Assembly (NCBI RefSeq): GCF_006345805.1
Contig: NC_043025.1
Coordinates: 6,882,001-6,946,000, forward strand
Source of the DNA: Octopus sinensis
Taxonomy: Eukaryota
Length of the DNA: 64,000 bases
Reading direction: 5' to 3'
Part shown: positions 38,511 to 49,487 of the stretch, in pieces
How positions within the stretch are numbered: position 1 is the stretch's first letter
Layout: the number at the start of each line of letters is the position of its first letter
The notes under the pieces: generated by a model
What the model saw: the letters and a program-made list of their open reading frames with translations, nothing else
Database searches by the model: none
What the model was told of the DNA's origin: nothing
Program-made: the position numbers and the translations under genes

Positions 38511-38952
38511 CAGGGGTTCTCAACCATTTTTTGATCTATGGACCCCTTTGATTACTCTTTTATGTTCCTAACACCAGCTTAACGATAACTAAGTTATTTT
38601 ACTAATTTCTTTGTTATATTTAAAGTAATTGAAACAAACACAGAGCATCTCAAAATAAATATGGTAACAAAAGGGTTAAAGTCACCATGATATTTTTAAC
38701 CCTTTTGATGCCAACCTGGCTGAAATCCTCTCTGGTTCTAAGTACCCCACTAAAACCATTCGATGTAAAATTTTAGAGAAAGAAACCCAGCTATTTCATG
38801 CAATACATACCAATACACACGTCTAAAGCAAAATTTTGTCAGGGGCCCTTAAAATACTACTGCAGGTCCGCAATTTGCTATTTTGCTTGTGTGGACCCCC
38901 AAAAATCTTATATGGATCCTTAGGGGCCATATAGATTGGTTGAGAACCACTG
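38511..38952. mobile_element. hAT/Charlie-like MITE
   Basis: TIRs caggggttctcaacc / ggttgagaaccactg. A tandem partial copy lies at ~38290-38510 and a MITE-1 fragment is nested inside. Confidence 0.6.
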
Positions 38953-39134
38953 CTCCAAACAGAGATGGATTTACACTTTGTGGGACTCCTGCACCAACAG
39001 GGGCATTTTTGGAGGGAGGAAGGGTGAAGGGGCTACAATTTTGCTAATCCAAAACCTAAGGTGATAAAGAGAAGCCCATTAAATCTAGGGATCTCAAATA
39101 GTTTAAGGGGTCACAAAACTTAAAAGGGTCCTTG

Positions 39135-39499
39135 AAGTTTGTTTCGACCCTTTAGAATTGGAATTTTTGAAAAGTAAAAAGTTTGCATTATGTAGCTTGT
39201 TATTCTCTTTATGTGAACATTTTTCTGATTGAAATACACTGAAAAACGGCAACACAGCAGTAAAAAAAATCGTAAAAAATAGGGATTTTCATAGAAAAAA
39301 AAGCACCTTTTTGATGTAAATAATTTTTGGTATTAACATTGTCCGATTTGAATTTTTTCTTCTACTGAAGGAAGAGCAAGCCTTCTTCTATCATACTCTC
39401 AATTTTGGTCAACTTGCGACGCAGGGTCTCGGAGGAGATAGTGTTGGTTGAAGGCTACCAAACCTGTCCCACACAGACAACTTCAGCTTTATATATATA
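39135..39499 (-). mobile_element. 3'-truncated copy of the 56848-57239 Helitron family
   Basis: Reverse complement aligns along its length with 56848-57200 (tatataaagctgaagttgtctgtg...ggtttggtagccttcaac...aattccaattctaaagggtc). No CTAG end is visible. Confidence 0.7.
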
Positions 39500-40776
39500 A
39501 ATTTGTATCATAGAACCAAGAGTGGTGGTCTCAAGTGGATCGGTATCAGAAGGGTTAAAATGAACAAAATTGAAAGATCCGGAAACTAAATCACATGACA
39601 AGGATATTTCTGTACCAGTTACGCACTGGGATCGATGTAATCGACTTAATCCCTTTGTCTGTCCTTGTTTGTCCCCTCTATGTTTAGCCCCTTGCGGGTA
39701 ATAAAGAAATAAGACAGGGTTAATAGAAACATGAGGGAAAGATTTGGAAGCGAGGATATTTCTGATGAAATACGCCACGTAGTTTCAATTAATTTTGAAA
39801 TAAACGAAGAATTTAATAAAATAACTTTGTCGCTACTAATTAAGCTAGTGTTTGGAAAATAGATTAACTCTTTCACTGCAGAAATCAGACATGTCCAGTC
39901 GAAATTTCAACACTCTTAACTGCAAAAATTAGCTTTATATCCCAATCTGTCTTTTGTTGAGGAATGTCACATTTGGAACTATTTTCTGTTGGGATATGCC
40001 AAACTTAATATGATGCAAGGTGACTCACAGAAAATACCAATTCTATTCTTTGGTAGATATTTAAACATCATTACTGGAAATAACCATGAAAATATATTTC
40101 ACAATTAAAAGGTTAAATCAACTGAAGTACTTAACTGCTACTTATACAAACTGAGGGAGCCTCTAGGGTGTTTTGGTCTTCTATTGTCATTCCATTTATG
40201 TCTTGGATGTTTCATAGGAATATTAACCCTTTCACTGCAGAAATTACATACATCCACTCAAAAATCTCATTACTCTTAACTGCAGAAAGCAGTTTTATAT
40301 CCCAATCTGTCATTTGATGAGGAGTGTCATGTTTGGAACTATTCTCTTTTGAGATATGTCAAGTTTATTATGAAACAAGGTGACTTGCAAAAAATACCAA
40401 TTCTGTTTTTTGGCAGATATTTAAACATCATATGGAATAACCATGAAATTATATTTCACAGTTAAATCAACTGAAGTACTTAACTGTTACTTATACAAAC
40501 TGAGGGAGCCTCTAGGGTGTTTTGGTCTTCTACTGTAATTCCATTTATGTCTAGGATGTTTCATAGGAATGGTAACCCTTTCACTGTGGAAATCTGAATA
40601 TCTTTTACTCCAACTTTCATTACCCTCAACTGCAGAAAGCAATTTTATAACATCAATCCATTTTTCTTTTTGTGGAATGCCATGTCTGAAACTATATTTT
40701 GTGGGATATGTCAAGTTTAATACGATACAAGGGGACTCACAGAAAACACCAATTCTGTTTTTTGGCAGATATTTAA

Positions 40777-41482
40777 CCCTTTTGTTACTAACCCGGCCAA
40801 AACCGGCTCTTGCTCTGTGGTAAAATGTCTTGTTTTCATAAGTTTTTAATTAAAATATTCCACCAATCCTTAGTCAAAATTTACGTTCCTAACACTAACT
40901 GAATGATAACTAAGTTATTTTACTAAATTCTTTGTTATATTTAAAATAATTGAAAGAAACACAGAGCATCTCAACAGAAATATGGTAACAAAAAGGATTA
41001 AAGTCACCATATTTTTAACCCTTTTGATACCGACCTTGTTGAAACCGGCTCTGGCTCTGTTGTACAAATGTCTTGTTTTCATAAGTTTTGAATTAAAATC
41101 TTCCACCAAACCTTAGTCACAATTTATGTTCCTAACACTAACTGAATGATAACTAAGTTATTTTACTAAATTCTTTGTTATATTTAAAATAATTGAAAGA
41201 AACACAGAGCATCTCAACAGAAATATGGTAACAAAAAGGATTAAAGTCACCATATTTTTAACCCTTTTGATACCGACCTTGTTGAAACCGGCTCTGGCTC
41301 TGTTGTACAAATGTCTTGTTTTCATAAGTTTTGAATTAAAATCTTCCACCAAACCTTAGTCACAATTTATGTTCCTAACACTAACTGAATGATAACTAAG
41401 TTATTTTACTAAATTCTTTGTTATATTTAAAGTAATTGAAAGAAACACAGAGTATCTCAAAATAAATACAGTAACGAAAGGG
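40777..41482 (+). mobile_element. MITE-1 trimer inserted at a TTAA site
   Basis: TTAA at 40773-40776 and 41483-41486. The reconstructed empty site ggcagatatTTAAacatca equals the uninterrupted sister sequence at 40412-40430. Confidence 0.85.
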
Positions 41483-41724
41483 TTAAACATCATCACTAAA
41501 ATGACCATTAAATTTACTTTCACATTTCACGGGTTAAATCTACTAAGGTACTTAACTGCTCCTTATACAAACTAACAAGGGAGCCTCTAGGGTGTTTTGG
41601 TCTTCTATTACAACTCCATTCATGTCTGTCATGTTTATAGGAATATTAACCCTTTTACTGCAGAAATTTGAATATTTTTACTCAAATTTTCATAACCCTT
41701 AACTACATAAAGCAGTTTTATATT

Positions 41725-42445
41725 CTCTTTACTCTTTTACTTGTTTCAGTAATTTGACTGTGGCCATGCTGGAGCACCGCCTTTAGTCTAGCAAATCGAC
41801 CCTGGGACTTATTCTTTTTGTAAACCCAGTACTTATTCTATCGGTCTTTTTTCCCGAAATACTAAATTACAGGGACGTAAACACACTACTACCGGTTGTC
41901 AAGCAATGTTGGGGGGATAAACAGACACAAACATATATACACACACACACACACACATACATACGACGGGCTTCTTTCAGTTTCCGTCTACCAAACCCAC
42001 TAACAAGGCTTTGGTCGGCCTGAGGCTATAGTAGAAGACACTTGCCCAAGGTGCTACGCAGTGGGACTGAACCCGGAACCGTGTGGTTGGTAAGCAAGCT
42101 ACTTAACACACAGCCACTCCTACACCTATTTATATACATATATACGATGAGCTTCTTTCAGTTTCCGTCTACCAAACCCACTCACAAGGCTTTGGTCGGC
42201 CCAAGGCTATAGTAGAAGACACTTGCCCAAGGTGCCACGCAGTGGGACTGAACCCAGAACCGTGTGGTTGGTAAGCAAGCTACTTACCACATAGCCACTC
42301 CTGCACCAATTCTATACTCTCTTTTACTCTTTTACTTGTTTCAGTTATTTAACTGCAGCCATGCTGGAGCACCGCCTTTAATCGAGCAACTCGACCCCGG
42401 GACTTATTCTTTTGTAAGCCCAGTACTTATTCTATCGGTCTCTTT
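41725..42445 (-). mobile_element. SINE A cluster (full copy, repeated 5' half, extra 3' part)
   Basis: Copies at 41725-42125, 42140-42306 and 42320-42445, inserted in a MITE-2 unit. Confidence 0.75.
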
Positions 42446-42884
42446 TATTTCTTTTATTTCTATCATTAAAAAAAATTTTTTTGGAGGAATATCACGTTTG
42501 AAACTTATCTTCTGTTGAGATATGCCAAGTCTATTATGAACCAAGGTGACTTGCAGAAAATACCAATTCTATCTTTTGGCAGATACTGGAAATAACCATG
42601 AAATTTAATTTTGTAGTTAAAGGGTTCAGGATCATAGGGAATACATTACCACTTGACAAAGCAATGAAGAACAACAACAACAACAAAAGACCCCACCCAC
42701 TCCAGCTCTTCCCAGACTCGACAACATTTTAAAATTCAACACCACCCTCACCAGCTGTTCCACCACCATAAATGGCAACAAACAGGCAGAATTGTTAATG
42801 CAACTGCTACAATGATATGCAGTGTCCATCCCAGCTTTTGGCATTTTGATTCCGCATCCCTTAGCTTTATCAATCCCAAACTGA

Positions 42885-43608
42885 AGGCGGTGAGCTGGCA
42901 GGTCTGTTAGCTTGTCGGGCGAAATGCTTAGAGGTAGTTCGTCTGCCGCTACGTTCTGAGTTCAAATTCCACCGAGGTCGACTTTGCCTTTCATCCTTTC
43001 AGGGTCAATAAATTAAGTACCAGTTACGCACTGGGGTCGATGTAATCGACTTAATCCCTTTATCTATCCTTGTTTGTCCCCTCTATGTTTAGCCCCTTGT
43101 GGGTAGTAAAGAAATAGGTATTTCGTCTGCCGCTACGTTCTGAGTTCAAATTCCGCCGAGGTCGACTTTGCCTTTCATCCTTTCGGGGTCAATAAATTAA
43201 GTACCAGTTACACACTGGGGTCGATGTAATCGACTTAATCCCTTTATCTGTCCTTGTTTGTCCCCTCTATGTTTAGCCCCTTGTGGGTAGTAAAGAAATA
43301 GGTATTTCGTCTGCCGCTACGTTCTGAGTTCAAATTCCGCCGAGGTCGACTTTGCCTTTCATCCTTTCGGGGTCAATAAATTAAGTACCAGTTACACACT
43401 GGGGTCAATGTAATCGACTTAATCCCTTTATCTATCCTTGTTTGTCCCCTCTATGTTTAGCCCCTTGTGGGCAATAAAGAAATAAGAAACTTTAGCATGC
43501 TGGGCGAAATGCTTAGCGGTATTTTGCCTGTCTTTACGTTCTGAGTTCAAATTCCGCCGAGGTCGACTTTGCCTTTCATCCTTTCGGGGTCGATAAATTA
43601 AGTACCAG
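42885..43608 (+). mobile_element. SINE family B multimer: head, 3 units and a re-entry copy
   Basis: Units start at ~42934, 43118 and 43302 (184-bp period). The fourth segment restarts at the head (gaaactttagcatgctgggcg) at 43486. Confidence 0.8.
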
Positions 43609-44539
43609 CTTTCCGTCAGTTTGGGATTCATAAAGAATTGGGGCCCGACATCTCTGAGGAGTCGAGGAGAGTCAGATCTGAAGAAGGAAAGGTTCCTTCA
43701 GCTCTAAAAATGTCCAAGACAATGTCACCGCCTACCTGAATTATGAGTAGAGGAGGGCCCTCCTATGTAAGGTAATATATAGCATTGGAGGTATATAAAT
43801 GTATGTATACACACATTTACACAAAGTTATAAAGACGTATAAATACATGTACGTATGTATATGCAGAGCCGTTACCGTGTTGGACAAAATGCTTAGCAAC
43901 ATTTCTTCCTTTTTTTTTTTACTTGTTTCAGTCATTTGACTTATTCTTTGTAAGTCCAGTACTTATTCTATCGGTCTCTTTTGCCGAACTGCTAAGTTAC
44001 AGGGACGTAAATAAAAGATGCCACGCAGTGGGACTGAACCCGGAACCATGTGGTTGCTAAGCAAGCTACTTACCACACAGCCACTCCTGCGCCGTTACAT
44101 TCTGTTTTCAAATTCCATTGAGGTCGACATTGCCTTTCATCTTTACACCGTGATTAAAACAAGAACCATTTGAGCCACGGGGTCGATGCAATTGCCTAAC
44201 CCTTGCTCCCAATTTACAGTCCCTGTGCCTTTGGTAAAAAAGGAATCATTATCACTGCCATTATTATTGTCTCACATCAATTAAATCACATTATTGTTTT
44301 CGTTATCTAAATTAAATGTGAACTATGTCCCCTACCTTTGGCTTGTTCTTAGCTAAAATTGACTTTTTATATCTACATATGCTCACAAATGTGTGTGTGT
44401 GTGTGTGTGTGCATGCATGTAGATATATTTAATGAGATCTAAATTAAAACCCTTTTCCATCAAAATCTCATGTTAACCCTTTAATTCTGAAATTAAATTC
44501 CATGGTCATTCTAGTAATGTTGTTAAATATCTACCAAAA

Positions 44540-44795
44540 AAACCCCCAAAAACCCGGAATTGCTATATTCTGATGTGTGTATGTGCCTTTTCAGTATGTG
44601 ACCTCGTGAAGACCACTTGCAATTTTTTTTCCCTCTGTCCTCCCACCTAGGGATCTTTCTTTCTCCTATGTTTCCGACGAAGAGCTCCACTCGAAACGTC
44701 ATACCCTCCTTCTTCCCTTCTTTCCTGAGCGTCCAATAATACTTTATTTGTTCCACATCCTCGTGTTGTTGTCTTTTTGTTTTCTTGTTTGGATT
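44540..44795 (+). mobile_element. Probable Penelope-like element terminal-repeat fragment
   Basis: Contains ccgacgaagagctccactcgaaacgtc, the CTGANGA...CGAAACG motif typical of Penelope pLTRs, then a pyrimidine-rich tail ending at (TA)n. Boundaries are approximate. Confidence 0.55.
44670..44704 (+). ncRNA. Degenerate minimal type I hammerhead ribozyme
   Basis: GTTT (stem I) - CCGACGA (core, C instead of U4) - A - GAG ctcca CTC (stem II) - GAA - ACGT (palindromic stem III) - C - ATAC (stem I, one U-U mismatch). The putative GUC cleavage site is after 44700. Confidence 0.55.
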
Positions 44796-44829
44796 AACTT
44801 TATATATATATATATGTATGTACGTATGT

Positions 44830-45030
44830 ATGTAAGAATGTCCCCATCACTTGACAACCGATGTTGGTATGTTTACGCCCCGCCCCATAACTTAGCGGTT
44901 TGGCAAAAGGCACCAATAGAATAAGTACTAGGCTTACAAAGAATAGGTTCTGGGGGCGATTTGTTCAACTAAAACCTCTTAAGGTGGTACTCCAGCATGG
45001 CCGCAGTCAAATGACTGAAACAAGTAAAAG

Positions 45031-45083
<53 letters not shown>

Positions 45084-45757
45084 AGGAATAAAATTAATAA
45101 TTTTACTAAGTAGTTCTGTATGTTAGAAGAACCTATGAGTATAATTATAATTAGGGTTTAGCAAAATTGCTTCACCACATACCAAAATTTAGAAATAGCA
45201 GTTAAAACTACTATTTTTTCACTACCATAAGAAAATCTTAGTATTAGATGGTTGGAAAGAACAGATAGAATGGTACTCATAATTATAAAATTTATATATG
45301 TGTATGTATGTGTATATATATATATATATATAACACACACACACACACACATATATATGCTCTTTTACTTGTTTCTGTAATCTGACTGCGGCCATGCTGG
45401 AGCACCGCCTTTTAATCGAGCAAATCGACCCCAAGACTTATTCTTTTTGTAAGCCCAGTACTTATTCTATCGATCTCTTTTGCCGAACAGCTAAGTAACG
45501 GGAACATAAAGACACCAGCATCGGTTGTCAAGCAATGCTAGGGGGACAAACACAGACACACAAACACACACACGCATATATATATATATATATATATGAC
45601 GGGCTTCTTTCAGTTTCCGTCTACCAAATCCACTCACAAGGCTTTCGTCGGCCCAAGGCTATAGTAGAAGACACTTGCCCAAGGTGCCACGCAGTGGGAC
45701 TGAACCCGCAACCATGTGGTTGGTAAACAAGCTACTTACCACACAGCCACTCCTGCA
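44830..45757. mobile_element. SINE A 3' half (plus, 44830-45032) and full copy (minus, 45360-45757)
   Basis: Diagnostic SINE A segments in opposite orientation. Confidence 0.75.
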
Positions 45758-46413
45758 CCTACTTTATATATATATAAAGTTTATATTCATTTAAAAGAAG
45801 AAAATGGAGATTGTGAAGTTAATAATTGTTTATTATTAACAGTAAATAGGTCATTTCCTTGGATGAAACCATCCCTTCATGGGGTTAAAAGAACCTAATA
45901 GAATTTACAGTAGCCTGCTTACTTGCTTACAACCCACATGGTTACAGAAATTGAAAGAAGCCTGTCATATATGTATATGTATATATATATGTGTGTGTGT
46001 GTATATATATATATATAAATATATATATAAATATATATCGTGCCGGTGGCACGTAAAAAGCACCATCCGTTCGTGTCCGTTGCCAGCCTCGCCTGGCACA
46101 TAAAAAGCACCATCCGTTCGTGGCCGTTTGCCAGCTCTGTCTGGCACCGGTAAAAAGCACCCACTACACTCACGGAATGGTTGGCGTTAGGAAGGGCATC
46201 CAACTGTAGAAACTCTGCCAGATCTGACTGGGCCTGATGAAGCCTTCTGGCTTCACAGACCCCAGTTGAACCGTCCAACCCATGCTAGCATGGAAAACGG
46301 ACGCTAAACGATGATGATGATGATGATGATATATATATATATAGATCTAATGTAGGATAAAAAATTTTTTTTTTAGAAAAAAATTTTATCAATGGCCAGC
46401 ATATTAAAAAATA

Positions 46414-46650
46414 CCTTTAAAGGTTAAATTTATAAACAATTCATAAATGAGGGCAAAGGAAAATATTTCTAATGCCAAATATGCCGAAAAATTGGACGTG
46501 GTATTTTTTAGAAATTTCTGTCGGCCTTTTTTCGAGTAGCGTGCGTATCGTGAAAAAATTGTATGGTTAATGGACAATATGTCCAATTTTTCGGCATTAG
46601 AAATTTTTTTGTTTGCCCTTATTTATGAATTGTTTATAAATTTAACCTTT

Positions 46651-46655
<5 letters not shown>
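46414..46655. mobile_element. Fold-back MITE with ~80-bp terminal inverted repeats and TA target duplication
   Basis: TA|cctttaaaggttaaatttataaacaattcataaatgagggcaaa... and ...tttgcccttatttatgaattgtttataaatttaacctttaaagg|TA. Confidence 0.8.
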
Positions 46656-46694
<39 letters not shown>

Positions 46695-46922
46695 GCTTGT
46701 GTGTGCGCTTGTCCTTCTCACCATCGCTTGACAACCGATGCTGGTGTGTTTATGCCCCCTCCCCGCTAACTTAGCAGTTCAGCAAAAGCCACCGATAGAA
46801 TAAGTACTGGGTTTACAAAGAATAAGTACTGGGATCAATTTGTTCAACTAAAGGTGATGTTCCAGCATGGCCGCAGCCAAGTGACTGAAACAAACACTAG
46901 AATATATATATATATATATGTA

Positions 46923-47319
46923 TACTCTTTTACTTGTTTCAGTCATTTGACTGCGGCCATGCTGGAGCACCGCCTTTTAGTCGATCAAATCGACCCCGGG
47001 ACTTATTCTTTGTAAACCCAGTACTTATTCTATCGATCTCTTTTGCCGAACCGCTAAGTGACGGGGACGTAAACACACCAGCATCGGTTGTCAAGCAATG
47101 CTAGGGGGACAAACACAGACAACCAACATACATATATATAATATATATATATTACATATAATACGACGGGCTTCTTTCAGTTTCCGTCTACCAAATCCAC
47201 TCACAAGGCTTTGGTTGGCCCGAGGCGATAGTAGAAGACACTTGCCCAAGGTGCCACGCAGTGGGACTGAACCCGGAACCATGTGGTTGGTAAGCAAGCT
47301 ACTTACCACACAGCCACTC
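46923..47319 (-). mobile_element. SINE A copy, tail-to-tail with the plus-strand 3' half at 46710-46893
   Basis: Only about 30 bp of (TA)n separate the two 3' ends. Confidence 0.8.
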
Positions 47320-47789
47320 ATGTATATATATCATCATTTTACATCTGTTTTCCATAATGGCATGGTTTGCACTGTTTGGCAGGAACTAACAAGCGAGAGG
47401 ACCTCCTGTGGAGGCATGTGGCTTAGTGGTAATGGTGTTGGACTCCTAATCATATGGTTGTGGTTTCAATTCCCGGACTGGGCGATGTGTTGTGTTTTTG
47501 GGCAAAACGTTTCATTTTCTGTTGCTCCAGTCCACTCAGTTGGCAAAAATGAGTAATCCTGCGATGGACCTGTCCAGGTGGGGAACGCTGTCGCCATGGA
47601 AACTGGGAAATTGACCCTTAAGTCTTGAGGAGGTAATTGGACCTTTCCTTTAAGCCAGAGGACCATGCTATATTTTAATGTGTCCTTTTAGCAGGGTTTC
47701 TAATGCTGGATGTCCTTCCTGATGCCAGCCACTTTACAGAGTGGACTGGGTGCTTTTTACATGATACTAAGAGCAACAGGGTCACCACT

Positions 47790-49058
47790 GCGTGGCACCT
47801 TGAGCAAGTGTCTTCTGCTATAGCCCCGGGCCGACCAATGCCTTGTGTGTGGATTTGGTAGATGGAAACTGAAAGAAGCCCGTTGTATATATGTATATAT
47901 ATGTATGTATGTGTGTGTGTTTGTGTGTCTGTGTTTGTCCCCCTAGCGTTGGTTGACAACCGATGTTGGTGTGTTTACGTCCCCGTCACTTAGCGGTTCG
48001 GCAAAAAGAGACCGATAGAATAAGTACTGGGCTTACAAAGAATAAGTCCCGGGGTCGAGTTGCTCGATTAAAGGCGGTGCACCAGCATGGCCGCAATCAA
48101 ATGACTGAAATGAGTAAAAGAGTAAGTAACTTTCAAGACAAAGAACCCCACCTTCAACCGGGGGGGGGAGGATCAAGAGAAGTGGCAATGTGTCATGTGA
48201 TGAGAGGTTCTGAGTTTGAATAGAGGGGACAGAAACAGGTGTCTTGTGGTGGAGGAGGCACACACACACCTACCTGAGTAGGAGAGAGAGAGGGGAGAGG
48301 AGATGGGGGAGATGTGACAGTGGCGGGGGGGGGGGACGCTTGAGTTACAGGTGCAAAAAGTGATGGGTGGAGGTGTGAAGAGGAACCAAGGATTCCAACA
48401 GGGTGAGGGAGTGAGTTCAGGAGACTGCGACAGGGGGGTGCGGGGTGGGATGTATAGAGTGGACACATATAGAGAGAAGGGGGGAGGTGGTGTTAGGAAG
48501 AGGTTCAACGGGGAGGGGGGGGGACACGAGATTGTGCGAAGGTAGGTTCATCAAGGTACAAAGGATGAGTGGGAGAGAGAGAGAGTGAGAGGTGAAGGGA
48601 ATACAGGGAGTGGTGAACTCAGGCGTGATGGGGGAAGAATTCAATAGATATATATATAGGCGCAGGAGTGGCTGTGTGATAAGTAGCTTGCTTACCAACC
48701 ACATGGTTCCGGGTTCAGTCCCACTGCGTGGCACCTTGGGCAAGTGTCTTCAGCTATAGCCCCGGGCCAACCAATGCCTTGTGAGTGGATTTGGTAGACG
48801 GAAACTGAAAGAAGCCCGTCGTATATATGTATACATATAAATGAGTGTGTGTGTTTGTGTGTCTGTGTTTGTCCCCCCTAGCATTGCTTGACAACCGATG
48901 CTGGTGTGTTTACGTCCCCGTCACTTAGCGGTTCGGCAAAAGAGACCGATAGAATAAGTACTGGGCTTACAAAGAATAAGTCCCGGGATCGATTTGGTCG
49001 ACTAAAGGCGGTGCTCCAGCATGGCCACAGTCAAAATGACTGAAACAAGTAAAAGAGT
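47790..49058 (+). mobile_element. Two SINE A copies (47790-48123 5'-truncated; 48658-49058 full)
   Basis: Diagnostic head, (TA)n linker and tail. Confidence 0.8.
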
Positions 49059-49387
49059 ATATGTGTGTCTGTGCATGTGTCTGTCTGTGTGTCGTCAGTA
49101 ATTCATAGATCCGAAAAAGTACACACGAAAACGCCAATACAAGCTAAGTGTTTTATAGGTAGGTCGAAACCAATGGTCACTCTCCGACCGATCATAACAA
49201 AGAACCTTCTAAAAATAAAATCTATATATTTGTAACGGTTTCTTTATTGCCCACGGGGGATGGGGGGGGGGCTAAACATAAAGGGGACAAACAAAGACAG
49301 ACAACGGGATTAGGTCGAGCCCAGTGTGCAACTGGTACTTGTTTAATCGACCACGGAAGGATGAAAGGTAAAAGTCGACCTTGGCGG

Positions 49388-49487
49388 NNNNNNNNNNNNN
49401 NNNNNNNNNNNNNNNNNNNNNNNNNNNNNNNNNNNNNNNNNNNNNNNNNNNNNNNNNNNNNNNNNNNNNNNNNNNNNNNNNNNNNNN
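49388..49487. other. Assembly gap (exactly 100 N)
   Basis: The N run interrupts a minus-strand SINE B unit; the true length is unknown. Confidence 1.

Larger units (their letters stand above)
39868..42624 (+). repeat. Tandem array of 4 MITE-2 units (TTAA-CCCTTTCACTGCAG...AAAGG(G)-TTAA) with a constant ~105-bp spacer
   Basis: Units start at 39868, 40227, 40576 and 41650. The spacer tcaactgaagtacttaactg...gggagcctctagggtgttttggtcttct...ataggaata occurs three times. Units 3 and 4 carry nested insertions. Confidence 0.7.

Noticed and set aside
40915-41352. Repeated 60-66 aa ORFs (MVEDFNSKLMKTR...), also at 37.5, 51.5, 52.2 and 53.2 kb
   Set aside because: They are chance frames within MITE-1 units.
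43735-43761. Possible 27-nt minus-strand microexon (tag|GAGGGCCCTCCTCTACTCATAATTCAG|gtagg)
   Set aside because: Splice-like dinucleotides are present, but there is no homology support and such matches arise by chance in 64 kb.
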